Shown: positions 49,888-60,120 of the stretch, piece by piece
Position numbering within the stretch: position 1 is the first letter of the stretch
How the letters are laid out: every line of letters starts with the position of its first letter
Position numbers and translations under genes: made by a program
From: an uncultured Candidatus Saccharibacteria bacterium
Lineage (GTDB): Bacteria > Patescibacteriota > Saccharimonadia > CAILAD01 > GCA-016700035
Length of the DNA stretch: 64,000 nt
Direction: 5' to 3'
Assembly: GCA_964583675.1 (NCBI GenBank)
Contig: CAZOVH010000002.1
Location: 71,548 to 135,547, forward strand
Notes under the pieces: model-generated
The model's database searches: none
What the model was told of the DNA's origin: nothing
What the model saw: only the letters and a program-made list of their open reading frames with translations

Positions 49888-52800
49888 TTATTCTACAGCA
49901 ATGGCGTCTTCCGACAGAATATCGGAGAGGGTTTTTTTCAGTTTTTCGGACACCGCTACTTTGAAAGGAAGACGGATTTTTTGACCAGTTGAGGAAAGCA
50001 TAAGTATAGCTTCAGTCTCGCCAGGCACGGACTGTAATGTGGATTTAAGTCGTAAGAGAGCTGTTTGATCTTTTAAATCTTTCATTGTAATCGTTACACG
50101 CTCAGCAGACTGAGTAGCGGCTGGATCAACATCCGGAACAGTTTTTTCTCCAGTGGCGATGTAATGCTTTAAGACACTCGCGTCCAAGAGCTTGGCCTTA
50201 TCTGCCATAACTTTTACGTCTTCGGTGGTCTTGCCGTCTCGATCCTTGGCATTTACCTTACCTTGAATAATCACTAGCGTATCCTCAACCCATAGCTCTG
50301 GCGTGGCCTCGTAAGCGCGCGGAAATACAATCACCTCGGTATCGCCGGCAATTGTTTCCAGCCCCACAAAAGCCATGGCATCACCTTTTTTAGTAACAAT
50401 TTTTCGTACGGTAGTAACAACACCACCAACAACAACCTTCTCGCCATCCATCTCGGGCTTCAGGCCAGACGCCGGAGTTGTTTTCTCTGACAGCCAAGCA
50501 TCAACTTCGCGCAACGGATGACTAGAAATGTAGAGCCCCAAAAGCTCCTTTTCCCACAACAGGAACTCTCTCTCGCCGATAATTTCGCTGGGCGCATCAA
50601 GCGGCAGAGATGGCACTTCTTCTGTCACTCCAAGACTTCCAAAAATATCAATCTGTCCGGACAGCGCATTTTTTTGGACCTTCGACATATAAATAACAAT
50701 TTTATCGAGGTTTGAAAACAGTGTGGCGCGATCACCAATAGAATCGAAGGCTCCAACTTTCATAAGCGCCTCAATAGCCTTTTTATTTATTTCGCGAGCA
50801 TCAACGCGGCGCACAAAATCTTCAATCGAGTTAAACGGACCACCTTCATCGCGAGCTGCCAAAATAGCATTCACCGGGCCAATCCCAACATTTTTAATCG
50901 CCGCAAGTCCAAAACGAATGACGTCTTCGCCCTTCTCACCGCCGCCCTTCACTACCGCAAACTCTGAGAAACTTTCATTAATATCTGGCGGCAGTACCGG
51001 CAATCCCATCTTGCGGCACTCAGCAACTTCGATAGCAACGCGATCGAGATTACCGTGATCGGAAGTTAATAGTGCTGCCATAAATGCTGCTGGATAGTGG
51101 GCCTTGAGATATGCGGTTTGCACAGCAATGAGTGCGTAACAAGCGGCGTGGCTTTTATTGAAACAATAGGCAGCAAAATCTTCGATTCCCGCCCAAAGCT
51201 TTTCGACAAAATCACGATCCGCATTAGAATACTTAATAGCCCCTTCAACAAAGTCCTGTTTCATCTTGGCAATTACTTCGGGAATTTTCTTACCGATACC
51301 CTTGCGCAAAGTATCGGCCTGACCACCAGTAAAACCACACAAGTCTTTAGAGATTTGCATGACCTGCTCTTGGTACACGATAATGCCGTAAGTTTCCTTA
51401 AGTGCGGCTTCCATTTTTTCGTGATCATACACCACGCGCTCGGGGTGATGCTTGCGTCCGATAAAATCATCAATCCACTGCATCGGCCCCGGTCGATACA
51501 GGGCAACCATGGCAATAATATCTTCAAAGCGGTCCGGCTTAAGCTCGCGAATATAGCGCTTCATACCGGCAGATTCTAGCTGGAAAACACCCGTGGTATC
51601 GCCACGTGCAAGGAGCTCGTATGTAGCCTTGTCGTCAATCGGAATCTCGGTTACGTCAATCGCCTTACCATACACACGCTTAATAATACGCAGGGCATTT
51701 TTAATAATCGTGAGGTTGGAGAGACCTAGAAAGTCGAACTTTAAGAGGCCCAAATCCTCCATAGTGGTACCAATGTACTGAGTCGAAACCCCGCCCTTTG
51801 AGGCTCGTGTGAGTGGCACATATTCCACCAGCGGCTCTGGTGCAATCACCACACCGGCCGCGTGAGTACCGGCGTTACGAATGGTACCTTCAAGTTGCAT
51901 GGCGATATCAATCAGACGCTTGGTGCGCGGATTACCTTCGTATTCTTTTTTAAGATCCGGATCATCAACAATCGATTTCTTTAAGGGGATATGGCGCCCC
52001 TGAATTGGCGCGGGAATAAGTTTAGCAACCGTATCTACCTCGGCGTATGACATTGCGAGCACACGGCCAGTGTCACGCACGGCGTTTCGGGCCGCCATCA
52101 CACCAAACGTAATGATCTGGGCCACTTTTTCCTGACCATATTTTTCTGTCGCATACGCAATCACCTCTTCGCGACGGTCGTCAGCGAAGTCCATATCAAT
52201 ATCAGGCATCGAAATTCTGTCTGGGTTCAAAAACCGCTCAAAGAGCAGATCGTATTTAATTGGATCCAGATCAGTAATGTTAGTTACATACGCCACGATT
52301 GAGCCAGCTGCAGAACCACGCCCAGGTCCACAGACAATTCCGTTATTTTTCGACCAGTTTAAAAGATCGGCCACAATTAAAAAGTAGCCATCGTAGCCCA
52401 TGCGCGCAATCACTTCGAGCTCGTACTCAATGCGTTCCACAACTTTTTTTGGTAGCTTTTCTTTGGCATTTTTTTCGCCATAATGCGAGAGATCTTCCTT
52501 CGGAATCTCCCCATAGCGCCACATTGCTCCCCGGTAGACCAGTTCGCGCAAATATTCACGCTCGGTCCGACCTTCAGGAACTTCAAATTTTGGAATTAAT
52601 ATTTTCCCGAGTTCTATTTCTAAATTACAACGCTCAGCAATCTTAACAGTATTTTCAAGAGCCTCTAGATCGTCTGGAAATCGCTCAGCAATCGAAGCTC
52701 CAGAGTGAATTGAGAGATCTTGATCGAGCTTAAAGCGGTTAGGATCTTCAATAGTAGAGCCAGTTTGCACACATAGCAAAATATCGTGCGCATAATGCTG

Positions 52801-53496
52801 CTCTTCTTTGGAATAGTGCGCATCACCGGTAATCACCAGGCCCAAACCAAGCTCTTTGGAAAGCTTGCGTAGACCAGCATTTACCTTATCTTGCGGCTCC
52901 CAGCCAATGTGTGGTTGCATTTCTAAATAATAGTTATCTTTGCCAAAAGTTTTTGAATACCACTCGGCCGTCTTTTTTGCTTCCTCGTAATTATCCGCCA
53001 AAAGATGCGTACCAACTTCGCCTCCAATGCAGCCGGTTAAAGCAATAATACCCTCATGATACTTCTCAATCAGATCACGATCTATGCGCGGCTTGTAATA
53101 AAACCCTTCAAGGTTGGCAATAGTAGAAAGCTTTACGAGATTTTTATACCCAATCTCATTCGTAGCCAATAGCGTTAAGTGATATGGTGTGCGATCTTCT
53201 CGCGTTGATTTATCAGTATGTTTGCGCGGCGAAACATATGCTTCCATACCAATAATCGGCTTAATGTCGCGCTTTTTGCATTCTTTATAAAAATCGATTG
53301 CCCCGGAAAGTGTGCCATGATCAGTAATTGCTACTGCTGTTTGCCCTAGTTCCTGCACCCAATCAAGCATGTCCGGAACTTTCTGTAAGCCGTCTAAGAG
53401 CGAGTAATGTGTGTGGTTATGCAAATGAACAAACGGAACATGTTTGTCCGCCACTGCTGTTGCCTGCCCCTGTTTCTCACCCACTGTGGTTGCCAT
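49888..53496 (-). CDS. dnaE: DNA polymerase III alpha subunit
   Basis: HLHNHTHYSLLDG PHP domain, GPGRGSAAGS, SMPDIDMDF, KFDFLGL, FNKSHAACY. Confidence 0.98.
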   Translation of the reverse strand: MATTVGEKQGQATAVADKHVPFVHLHNHTHYSLLDGLQKVPDMLDWVQELGQTAVAITDHGTLSGAIDFYKECKKRDIKPIIGMEAYVSPRKHTDKSTREDRTPYHLTLLATNEIGYKNLVKLSTIANLEGFYYKPRIDRDLIEKYHEGIIALTGCIGGEVGTHLLADNYEEAKKTAEWYSKTFGKDNYYLEMQPHIGWEPQDKVNAGLRKLSKELGLGLVITGDAHYSKEEQHYAHDILLCVQTGSTIEDPNRFKLDQDLSIHSGASIAERFPDDLEALENTVKIAERCNLEIELGKILIPKFEVPEGRTEREYLRELVYRGAMWRYGEIPKEDLSHYGEKNAKEKLPKKVVERIEYELEVIARMGYDGYFLIVADLLNWSKNNGIVCGPGRGSAAGSIVAYVTNITDLDPIKYDLLFERFLNPDRISMPDIDMDFADDRREEVIAYATEKYGQEKVAQIITFGVMAARNAVRDTGRVLAMSYAEVDTVAKLIPAPIQGRHIPLKKSIVDDPDLKKEYEGNPRTKRLIDIAMQLEGTIRNAGTHAAGVVIAPEPLVEYVPLTRASKGGVSTQYIGTTMEDLGLLKFDFLGLSNLTIIKNALRIIKRVYGKAIDVTEIPIDDKATYELLARGDTTGVFQLESAGMKRYIRELKPDRFEDIIAMVALYRPGPMQWIDDFIGRKHHPERVVYDHEKMEAALKETYGIIVYQEQVMQISKDLCGFTGGQADTLRKGIGKKIPEVIAKMKQDFVEGAIKYSNADRDFVEKLWAGIEDFAAYCFNKSHAACYALIAVQTAYLKAHYPAAFMAALLTSDHGNLDRVAIEVAECRKMGLPVLPPDINESFSEFAVVKGGGEKGEDVIRFGLAAIKNVGIGPVNAILAARDEGGPFNSIEDFVRRVDAREINKKAIEALMKVGAFDSIGDRATLFSNLDKIVIYMSKVQKNALSGQIDIFGSLGVTEEVPSLPLDAPSEIIGEREFLLWEKELLGLYISSHPLREVDAWLSEKTTPASGLKPEMDGEKVVVGGVVTTVRKIVTKKGDAMAFVGLETIAGDTEVIVFPRAYEATPELWVEDTLVIIQGKVNAKDRDGKTTEDVKVMADKAKLLDASVLKHYIATGEKTVPDVDPAATQSAERVTITMKDLKDQTALLRLKSTLQSVPGETEAILMLSSTGQKIRLPFKVAVSEKLKKTLSDILSEDAIAVE

Positions 53497-53537
53497 ATTG
53501 CTTCTCATTATAGGCCATGTTGCGAGTTAGGTTAAGC

Positions 53538-53581
53538 TTGTAAAATACCCAAAAAAGTTGTAATATAGCATTCTTGTACCT
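53538..53581 (+). promoter_or_regulatory. Unit 10 promoter plus GTACCT motif
   Basis: TTGTAA 53538-43, N17, TAATAT 53561-66, GTACCT 53576-81, GGAG SD. Confidence 0.7.
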
Positions 53582-53599
53582 CTCACACTGGAGTTAGTA

Positions 53600-54226
53600 A
53601 TGTCCACCGATACAACCCTCACCGCTGCCGCAGCGGAGACCGCCTACCACACGCTCGAGCACTGGCTCAAGCGGCGTGGACTCGACGACTGGATGGACGA
53701 CCTCTCGGTTGTCTTCCTGGATGCGAACAGCATCCAGCTCTACTGCCGGCGCAACCCTGCCGGATCTCGTCACGGCATCGCCGACGCCGATGAACAAGCC
53801 CGCGTCGCCGTGCACGCACCGTGTGCATATGGCGCCGCCCTGAAGGACAACAAGGAGCGCCCGATGGGTTCGGTTGGCATCAATACTCGCCGCGACCCGG
53901 CTGAAGCGCTGGTGATGTGTGCGCATCTCGCCATCTTCACGCTCGACCCCGGCCTTGAAGACGACTCTCTCAGGCTCGTCATGGAGGAATTCTTCATCGC
54001 AGCAAGAATCAATCCGCCCACCATTCCGAGCCCACGCATGATGGCGTTGGGCATCTCTTCTCAGGCTGGCCTGGCATCAGTCATGCGAGGCGCCGCCCTC
54101 CAAGACGCACTGCCAGGAGGCATGTACGGCGTCCCGCCACTGGGTGAACCCTCTCTACCGCGACCAGCCCCTGGCACCGATCTCATCACGGGCGTGCCGG
54201 GATACGGTGGCGGCCTGCACGGCTAA
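53600..54226 (+). CDS. Hypothetical orphan protein with Pro/Gly-rich tail (unit 10)
   Basis: 208-aa ORF, visibly GC-richer than flanks, with own promoter and terminator. Confidence 0.75.
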   Translation: MSTDTTLTAAAAETAYHTLEHWLKRRGLDDWMDDLSVVFLDANSIQLYCRRNPAGSRHGIADADEQARVAVHAPCAYGAALKDNKERPMGSVGINTRRDPAEALVMCAHLAIFTLDPGLEDDSLRLVMEEFFIAARINPPTIPSPRMMALGISSQAGLASVMRGAALQDALPGGMYGVPPLGEPSLPRPAPGTDLITGVPGYGGGLHG

Positions 54227-54232
54227 CCGCTT

Positions 54233-54261
54233 ATGGATACCTTCACGGGTATCCATTTTTT
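54233..54261 (+). terminator. Intrinsic terminator of unit 10
   Basis: ATGGATACC-TTCACG-GGTATCCAT-TTTTT. Confidence 0.8.
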
Positions 54262-54270
54262 AGTTAAAAT

Positions 54271-54579
54271 TTACTTCTGTTGTGGGGGTGCCGACTGCGT
54301 CGTGGCGCTCTGTTGAACTTCGCGTACAAAATCACCAATATACGGAATTCCACCCAACGCAGAGACTAGCCAACCCAGCAAAACTACTACTAAAGCAACA
54401 CCCAAAGTTAAGCCAATACCGCGATAAATGCCGGCCCTAAAGTTTAACCAGGCAAAGCGCCAGCGATCGTTTAAAAGATTTACAAACTCTTCGGCGCCAA
54501 CCAGGTTAGCTGCTCGCTCAGCCGCATCAAGCTCCTGCGCCTTGGTGGCGACTACCTTTTTACTTTGCTGACTTGGCAC
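54271..54579 (-). CDS. Small membrane protein (DUF5665-like)
   Basis: LNFRAGIYRGIGLTLG..IPYIGDFV pattern. Confidence 0.75.
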   Translation of the reverse strand: MPSQQSKKVVATKAQELDAAERAANLVGAEEFVNLLNDRWRFAWLNFRAGIYRGIGLTLGVALVVVLLGWLVSALGGIPYIGDFVREVQQSATTQSAPPQQK

Positions 54580-55102
54580 GGCCTGAGGTTGCCTTCTTTG
54601 CTGTAGTTTTCTTCGGAGCAGCCTTCTTTGTTGCAGGCTTCTTTACCGAACTCGCAACTTTATCTGCCGACTTCTTTACATCTTTAGAAAGCTTCGTGGC
54701 CTCTCGCTTTGTAGAGGTTCCAATTTTTTTACCAAGCGCCTCTAGTTCTTCCGCAACAGCCTTGGCTTCCACCATCAGTTTCTTAGCTTCATCAAGCAAG
54801 TCATCCTTAATATCTCCAGTAGCGCTCGAGAGCTTAAGAGCAATTGTGTTCATTTGCTCCTTAAGCTTTTCTGCGCGGCGCATGAGCTCTTTGGTTTCCT
54901 TCACTGAGTCATCCTTAACCCGCACACTGGCTTCCTTTACTTTGTCTAACCCAACAGTAAGCTGATCCTTAGCCTCATGAAAACCTTTGCCGATATCTTC
55001 GCGAGTTTCTTTACCGCTCTTTGGTGCAAATAACAAAGCGCCAATACCAGCTACAGCTGCACCAATTCCTAAACCTTTAAGAAATCCACCTTTTTTCGAC
55101 AT
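54560..55102 (-). CDS. YtxH domain protein with Lys/Ala-rich tail
   Basis: GAAVAGIGALLFAPKSGKETREDI. Confidence 0.9.
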   Translation of the reverse strand: MSKKGGFLKGLGIGAAVAGIGALLFAPKSGKETREDIGKGFHEAKDQLTVGLDKVKEASVRVKDDSVKETKELMRRAEKLKEQMNTIALKLSSATGDIKDDLLDEAKKLMVEAKAVAEELEALGKKIGTSTKREATKLSKDVKKSADKVASSVKKPATKKAAPKKTTAKKATSGRAKSAK

Positions 55103-55104
55103 GA

Positions 55105-55368
55105 TTATCTCCTTCTTCGCTTTTTACCTGATGTTGCCTGCAAAATTTGCGCAAATATTGCGCTCATGGTCATCGGATTGATAATTTTTTCTTTTACTTC
55201 ATGTACAATATCGGCTGCAGTTTTTGTGCCATCTTGAGCAATCTCGGCGATCCGCTGAATTGTCTTCATGAGTTTTCTGGCCGCAAAAAATACTGCAATC
55301 ATAATCGCTAAGAGTATCAATACAGCGACCGACAATACAATAATAAGAATGAACAGTGTTGTTTCCAT
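55105..55368 (-). CDS. Small single-TM hypothetical protein
   Basis: N-terminal hydrophobic helix; coupled to the ytxH-like gene. Confidence 0.75.
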   Translation of the reverse strand: METTLFILIIVLSVAVLILLAIMIAVFFAARKLMKTIQRIAEIAQDGTKTAADIVHEVKEKIINPMTMSAIFAQILQATSGKKRRRR

Positions 55369-55372
55369 TAGG

Positions 55373-56029
55373 CTAAGCCCCTTTCTTCGCCCTTATTGTA
55401 CCAGCTTTAACAACATTCAAGCGAGACTTCACGATTCGTTGTTTCGAAGCATTCATTCTAGAGGCTCGCTCCAAGAGTGTAAACGAATTGCGATCAATGA
55501 CACTATTGGGCACCACAAAAATCTGACCTGAGTCGTCTTTTAGGCGCGACTTACGGGTATCCATATCAATAATGACACCCTCTATTTTTTGATCAAGCGG
55601 GCCAACCCGAACACGATCACCAATTCTAAAATGCTTGTCGCGAGCGAGATTTAATCCCGAAATCGTATCGCCAACGGTGGCCGAAAAACCCTGCGAGAAT
55701 GCTAGCGCCAAAACCGCAAAAGCACCTGACATCGCGAGCGCTACGTTAGACAGACCGGCAAGCTGCAAGAGAGCGATGGAGAGCAATATCCATAAAACAA
55801 GATCCAGCAGCTTCACGCTAACTTTGATCATCCCCTTTGGGAGCTTAGCTAACCCGAGGGCATGCGTAAGTACGCGCGACAACACTTTGATAGCGATAAA
55901 ACCAATAATGAATAATAAAATTGCTTTTGGTATGCTTGGAGCCGTGCCTCCCAGCCACTGTGTGACCGGCTCTAAGAGCGCATTAGCTGAAGCAGCGATA
56001 TCCTGTTGTGTGGCGGCGAGATATGTCAT
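55373..56029 (-). CDS. MscS-family mechanosensitive channel (short)
   Basis: TM helices, ALAFSQ..ISGL..FRIGDRV..VVPNS. Confidence 0.85.
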   Translation of the reverse strand: MTYLAATQQDIAASANALLEPVTQWLGGTAPSIPKAILLFIIGFIAIKVLSRVLTHALGLAKLPKGMIKVSVKLLDLVLWILLSIALLQLAGLSNVALAMSGAFAVLALAFSQGFSATVGDTISGLNLARDKHFRIGDRVRVGPLDQKIEGVIIDMDTRKSRLKDDSGQIFVVPNSVIDRNSFTLLERASRMNASKQRIVKSRLNVVKAGTIRAKKGA

Positions 56030-56088
56030 ACCACTACTATACCGGTTATGCTCCTAGACGAAAAGCAATGGGATTATTCTTGCTATGT

Positions 56089-56133
56089 TTTACACACTTA
56101 AAGGCATGAGATATAATTCGCTGCAACGTACCT
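56089..56133 (+). promoter_or_regulatory. Unit 11 promoter plus GTACCT motif
   Basis: TTTACA 56089-94, N17, TATAAT 56112-17, GTACCT 56128-33. Confidence 0.75.
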
Positions 56134-56450
56134 TTCGCGCCCTTTACGGGCCACTTGGTTCTTCCTGGGTCACGACGGCTTACATCGGAAACGGTTTAGT
56201 CCGATCCAATACCGTTAATAAACCTTGGGTTTGGGAGAGCAAAAAGGCCGCATGCCTGAGCTCGCTAGCACCATGGGATTACTCGTAGCGCCTGCAGCGC
56301 AACGCGTGATACTCGTCGACTGATGCGCACAGTCACGCCCAAAATGCCCAGGAGGACCACCTCGCGCAGCCCACGCTGCCAACTTCAGCTGCCAGCTGAC
56401 ACCGCCCCGCCTCGGAAACCCACAGACCGAGGCGGGGCACCGTTTTTTTT
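56124..56450 (+). ncRNA. Candidate ~325-nt structured RNA or degraded small gene (unit 11)
   Basis: Strong promoter and 12-bp terminator (56404-38 plus T run) with no convincing ORF between; several hairpins in 56131-56250. Confidence 0.4.
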
Positions 56451-57910
56451 TAACTCAATTTTGCCTGAATCAGTTTATTTACTATCTGTGGATTAGCCTG
56501 GCCCTTAGTCTCTTTCATCACTTGACCAACAAAGAATCCCAGCGCTTTCGCTTGCCCAGCTTTAAAGTCTGCCACCGCCTGTGGATTGGCAGTAACTATC
56601 TTTTCAATAATTTCTGCTAGTGCACTCTCATCAGAAATCTGCTCGATACCAAGCCGTTGCATAATTTCTGCCGGACTATCACTACTCGTACAAATCTCGG
56701 CAAAAATCTGTTTTGCCTGACTGGAAGAAATATCACCAGCTAGTTCAAGTGCAATAAGATCTGCGAGTTGTTGAGGAGTAAATGGCGCGATAATTGTAGT
56801 GGCCGCAAACGAATCCGCATCGTCAGCATGAGTCTGCTGTTTTATCCAGGCCTGATATTCGCCAACCAACCAGTTCACTAGCTTACGCTCACCTTTTTCA
56901 CCAACTAGTGTGCGAGTCTCTGCAAAAAACTGTGAGGTATTTTTTTGCTTAATTAATACATCTTGCTCATCTACACTCAGCCCGAGCTCAACCAACTCAC
57001 GTCGGATCGAAATTGGCAGTGGAATCGTTTTTATATGCGATTCTTTCTCAAGCATGGCTTCGGTCACAACGATTGGCGGAATATCTGGCTCAGGGAAATA
57101 GCGATAATCATGTGCTTCTTCTTTGGAGCGTTGAGAGAACGTCTTGCCCTTAGCATCATCAAAACCACGGGTTTCCTGCTCAATAACCCCACCCTTTTCT
57201 AATATTTCAATTTGCCGACCAATTTCGTACGTCAAGGCGCGTTCGGCATTTCTAAAACTATTTAAGTTTTTAAGCTCGGTGCGCGTACCCAGCGAATCAT
57301 CTTTTGACACCGAAACATTCAAATCAAACTTCATGTTACCGTGCTGCATATCTCCATGTGTTACACCCAAAGTTGTGGCAATAGCATAGACTTCTTCTAG
57401 ATACCGGCGAGCCTCATACGGCGAATGCATATCTGGATGCGATACGATTTCCAAAAGTGGCGTACCGGCTCGATTAAGATCCACCAACGAGTAATCTTTC
57501 CCCGCCGGGTGTGTGAGCTTACCGGCATCCTCTTCTAGATGCGCTCGCTCCACTCGGACTTTACGGAATTCACCGTCAACAAGAATTTCTACATAACCCT
57601 CTTCTACAATCGGCTGATCAAACTGCGTAATCTGATAACCTTTGGGATTGTCTGGATAAAAATAATTCTTACGATCAAACTTAGTGGTTTCACGGACCTG
57701 GGCATTCAGACCGTGACCCAAGCGAATAGCCAATTGCACTGCCTGAGCGTTTGGTAAAGGCAAAGTTCCCGGATACGCGAGACAAATTGGGCAAATATTA
57801 GTGTTAGGCGCAGCGGAAACCGAGTTATTATCACAGCCACAAAACATTTTAGATTTTGTCGCTAGCTGAACATGGATTTCAATACCAATTGTTGGCTTAT
57901 ATTCGCTCAT
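56450..57910 (-). CDS. gatB: Asp/Glu-tRNA amidotransferase subunit B
   Basis: IGIEIHVQL, FDRKNYFYPD, HLEEDAGK, DYRYFPEPD. Confidence 0.99.
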   Translation of the reverse strand: MSEYKPTIGIEIHVQLATKSKMFCGCDNNSVSAAPNTNICPICLAYPGTLPLPNAQAVQLAIRLGHGLNAQVRETTKFDRKNYFYPDNPKGYQITQFDQPIVEEGYVEILVDGEFRKVRVERAHLEEDAGKLTHPAGKDYSLVDLNRAGTPLLEIVSHPDMHSPYEARRYLEEVYAIATTLGVTHGDMQHGNMKFDLNVSVSKDDSLGTRTELKNLNSFRNAERALTYEIGRQIEILEKGGVIEQETRGFDDAKGKTFSQRSKEEAHDYRYFPEPDIPPIVVTEAMLEKESHIKTIPLPISIRRELVELGLSVDEQDVLIKQKNTSQFFAETRTLVGEKGERKLVNWLVGEYQAWIKQQTHADDADSFAATTIIAPFTPQQLADLIALELAGDISSSQAKQIFAEICTSSDSPAEIMQRLGIEQISDESALAEIIEKIVTANPQAVADFKAGQAKALGFFVGQVMKETKGQANPQIVNKLIQAKLS

Positions 57911-58362
57911 ACGAGTTTCACTCCCAAATCTGAAATACCTCGCCCCAATGCCGCAATCGCATTGGTAACTTGCGGCTTAACAATATCTACATGAATGTCA
58001 TGCGCGACTTGGTTACGCAATTTATGTGCCGCCCACACGCCATTGAGATCGGAAAACTTGTCACCGTGTCGCTTGAGTCGCTCACCCATGTTGTCGCCAG
58101 TAAAACCTTGCGCTTGCATAACGTAATCTAAAAGCTTATCCGCTTCCATCAAAGCATTTTTTAAGCCCATGCCGCCCTGGCTTTGCATGTGCGCAATCTC
58201 GGTCCAGCGCTGTCGAACTAGTTCAACATCCAGAGTTGGTCGAATCGGGTTATTGCCGTCCGAAAAATTCTGGCCGGAAGCCTTTTCACTATCGCCTTTG
58301 CGCATATACATTAAAAGTCCACCAATAACTAAAATCGCCAAAACCACTGAGATAAATGTCAT
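57907..58362 (-). CDS. Conserved hypothetical membrane-anchored protein
   Basis: N-terminal TM; ALMEADKLLD..MGERLK..WAAHKLRNQVAH. Confidence 0.8.
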   Translation of the reverse strand: MTFISVVLAILVIGGLLMYMRKGDSEKASGQNFSDGNNPIRPTLDVELVRQRWTEIAHMQSQGGMGLKNALMEADKLLDYVMQAQGFTGDNMGERLKRHGDKFSDLNGVWAAHKLRNQVAHDIHVDIVKPQVTNAIAALGRGISDLGVKLV

Positions 58363-59786
58363 AGCGCCACCTCTGACAGCTTTACGTCCAACACCTTCTC
58401 TGCATCTCGCGCTGCTGCAAACATGGTCGCTTCAGCTTTTTGTGGCGCCATAATCTGCAGGCCAAGCGGCATATCATCCACGCCTTTGATTGGCAAAGAA
58501 ATTGCCGGTATCCCTGCTAGATTTGCTGCCACAGTCATAATATCCGCCAAGTACATTTGAGTTGGGTCTTCAGAGTGCTCGCCAAACTTAAACGCTTCCG
58601 ACGGCGTGGTCGGACCAATCAAAACATCATAGTTGCCAAAAGCGTTCTCAAAATCCTGACACACCAAAGTCCTGAGCTGCATGGCCTTTTTGTAATAAGC
58701 ATCATAGTACCCAGCCGAAAGCGCATAAGTTCCCGTAAGAATGCGGCGCTTTACTTCCGGACCAAAAAACTTGCCGCGCGTCGCTGAATACATTGCTTCT
58801 AAATCACCCGTAGACTCTGCGGATGAGCCATAACGAATGCCGTCATAGCGCTCAAGATTTGAGGAAATTTCCGAGGGTGTCAAAACGTAATAACACGGCA
58901 GCGCAAATTCTAGGTTAGGCAACGACACCTCCTCGAGCTCCCAACCAGCATCGGCAAGACGAGCAAAAGTTTCGTCATAGCGAGCTCGCACATCGATATC
59001 TAACGACTGAATATATTCGCGCACAATGCCCACCCGTTTTGGGGAGCCTACTTCGCCGTCTATATTGTCGGAACTAATCGTAGTCGCGTCCATCACATCT
59101 TGACCAGCCATCACATTAGTAAGCAAAGCAGCATCTTCTGCGGTATGCGCAAATGGACCGATTACATCTAGAGAACTCGCCATCGCAACGACGCCATAGC
59201 GACTAATCAGCCCGTAGGTTGGTTTTACTCCAACTACACCACAATATGCAGCCGGCTGACGGATGCTGCCACCAGTGTCTGTACCAACTGAAAAAGTACC
59301 AATACCCGCCGCCAAAGCCGCTGCCGAACCACCCGAACTTCCACCCGGTACACGCGACAAATCACGCGGGTTTTTGCTCGACCCATAGGCCGAATATTCC
59401 GTAGAGCCACCATGTGCGTATTCATCCTGATTAACCTTTGCGATCAAAATCGCGCCTTCGGCCTCGAGCTTAGCGATTGCCGTCGCGGTATAAGGAGCAA
59501 TAAACTCATCGAGCATTTTTGAAGCTGCAGTGGTGCGGACACCATCAACTAAAAACATATCCTTAGCAGTAAACGGTATACCTTCCAGACGACCGAGTTT
59601 TTCTCCAGCTACGCGACGTGCATCACTGGCTTCAGCAGCCGCAAGTGCTCGCTCATCTAGGCGCGTCAGAACCGTTGCAACTTTTTCGTCTACCTCATCA
59701 ATACGTGCAAGCGCCTGTCGAGTAAGCTCGACAGCTGTAACTTCGCCACTTTCAAGACGTGCTAAAACTTCTGCAATCGTCATCAT
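58359..59786 (-). CDS. gatA: Asp/Glu-tRNA amidotransferase subunit A
   Basis: PGGSSGGSAAA, GTDTGGSIRQPA, SNLERYDGIRYG, EVKRRIL. Confidence 0.99.
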   Translation of the reverse strand: MMTIAEVLARLESGEVTAVELTRQALARIDEVDEKVATVLTRLDERALAAAEASDARRVAGEKLGRLEGIPFTAKDMFLVDGVRTTAASKMLDEFIAPYTATAIAKLEAEGAILIAKVNQDEYAHGGSTEYSAYGSSKNPRDLSRVPGGSSGGSAAALAAGIGTFSVGTDTGGSIRQPAAYCGVVGVKPTYGLISRYGVVAMASSLDVIGPFAHTAEDAALLTNVMAGQDVMDATTISSDNIDGEVGSPKRVGIVREYIQSLDIDVRARYDETFARLADAGWELEEVSLPNLEFALPCYYVLTPSEISSNLERYDGIRYGSSAESTGDLEAMYSATRGKFFGPEVKRRILTGTYALSAGYYDAYYKKAMQLRTLVCQDFENAFGNYDVLIGPTTPSEAFKFGEHSEDPTQMYLADIMTVAANLAGIPAISLPIKGVDDMPLGLQIMAPQKAEATMFAAARDAEKVLDVKLSEVAL

Positions 59787-60076
59787 CCCAAAACTCGCTT
59801 TACTACTATGTAACCGTTTTCGTGACGTGGCGCACGCTCCAAAAGTTTTTCCGGGCTAACTTCAGACTTCTTCACCACATCCTCCCGCAACACATCCTGC
59901 AAACCAGTAACCTGGCTGGTAGGTGCAACTCCGGCTGTATCCGCAGCCTGCAAGGCATCAACTAAATGCAGCACGCGCCCAACCCCTTGCGTGGTTTCTT
60001 GCGCATCGGCTTCAGAAAAAGCAATCCGCGCCAGACGCGCGACGCGGGCAACAATCTCTTCGTTAACTTCGCTCAT
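59783..60076 (-). CDS. gatC: Asp/Glu-tRNA amidotransferase subunit C
   Basis: VARLARI..DTAGVAPT..LREDVV; upstream of gatA. Confidence 0.93.
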   Translation of the reverse strand: MSEVNEEIVARVARLARIAFSEADAQETTQGVGRVLHLVDALQAADTAGVAPTSQVTGLQDVLREDVVKKSEVSPEKLLERAPRHENGYIVVKRVLG

Positions 60077-60120
60077 ATTAGCCTATATTATACCAGTAAA
60101 ATACCAATCTGTAAGGTGTA

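Noticed and set aside
56089-56450. tmRNA, RNase P RNA or SRP RNA identity for unit 11
   Set aside because: No tRNA-like ends or T-loop, no GAGGAAAGUCC-type P4 signature and no SRP domain IV motif seen.
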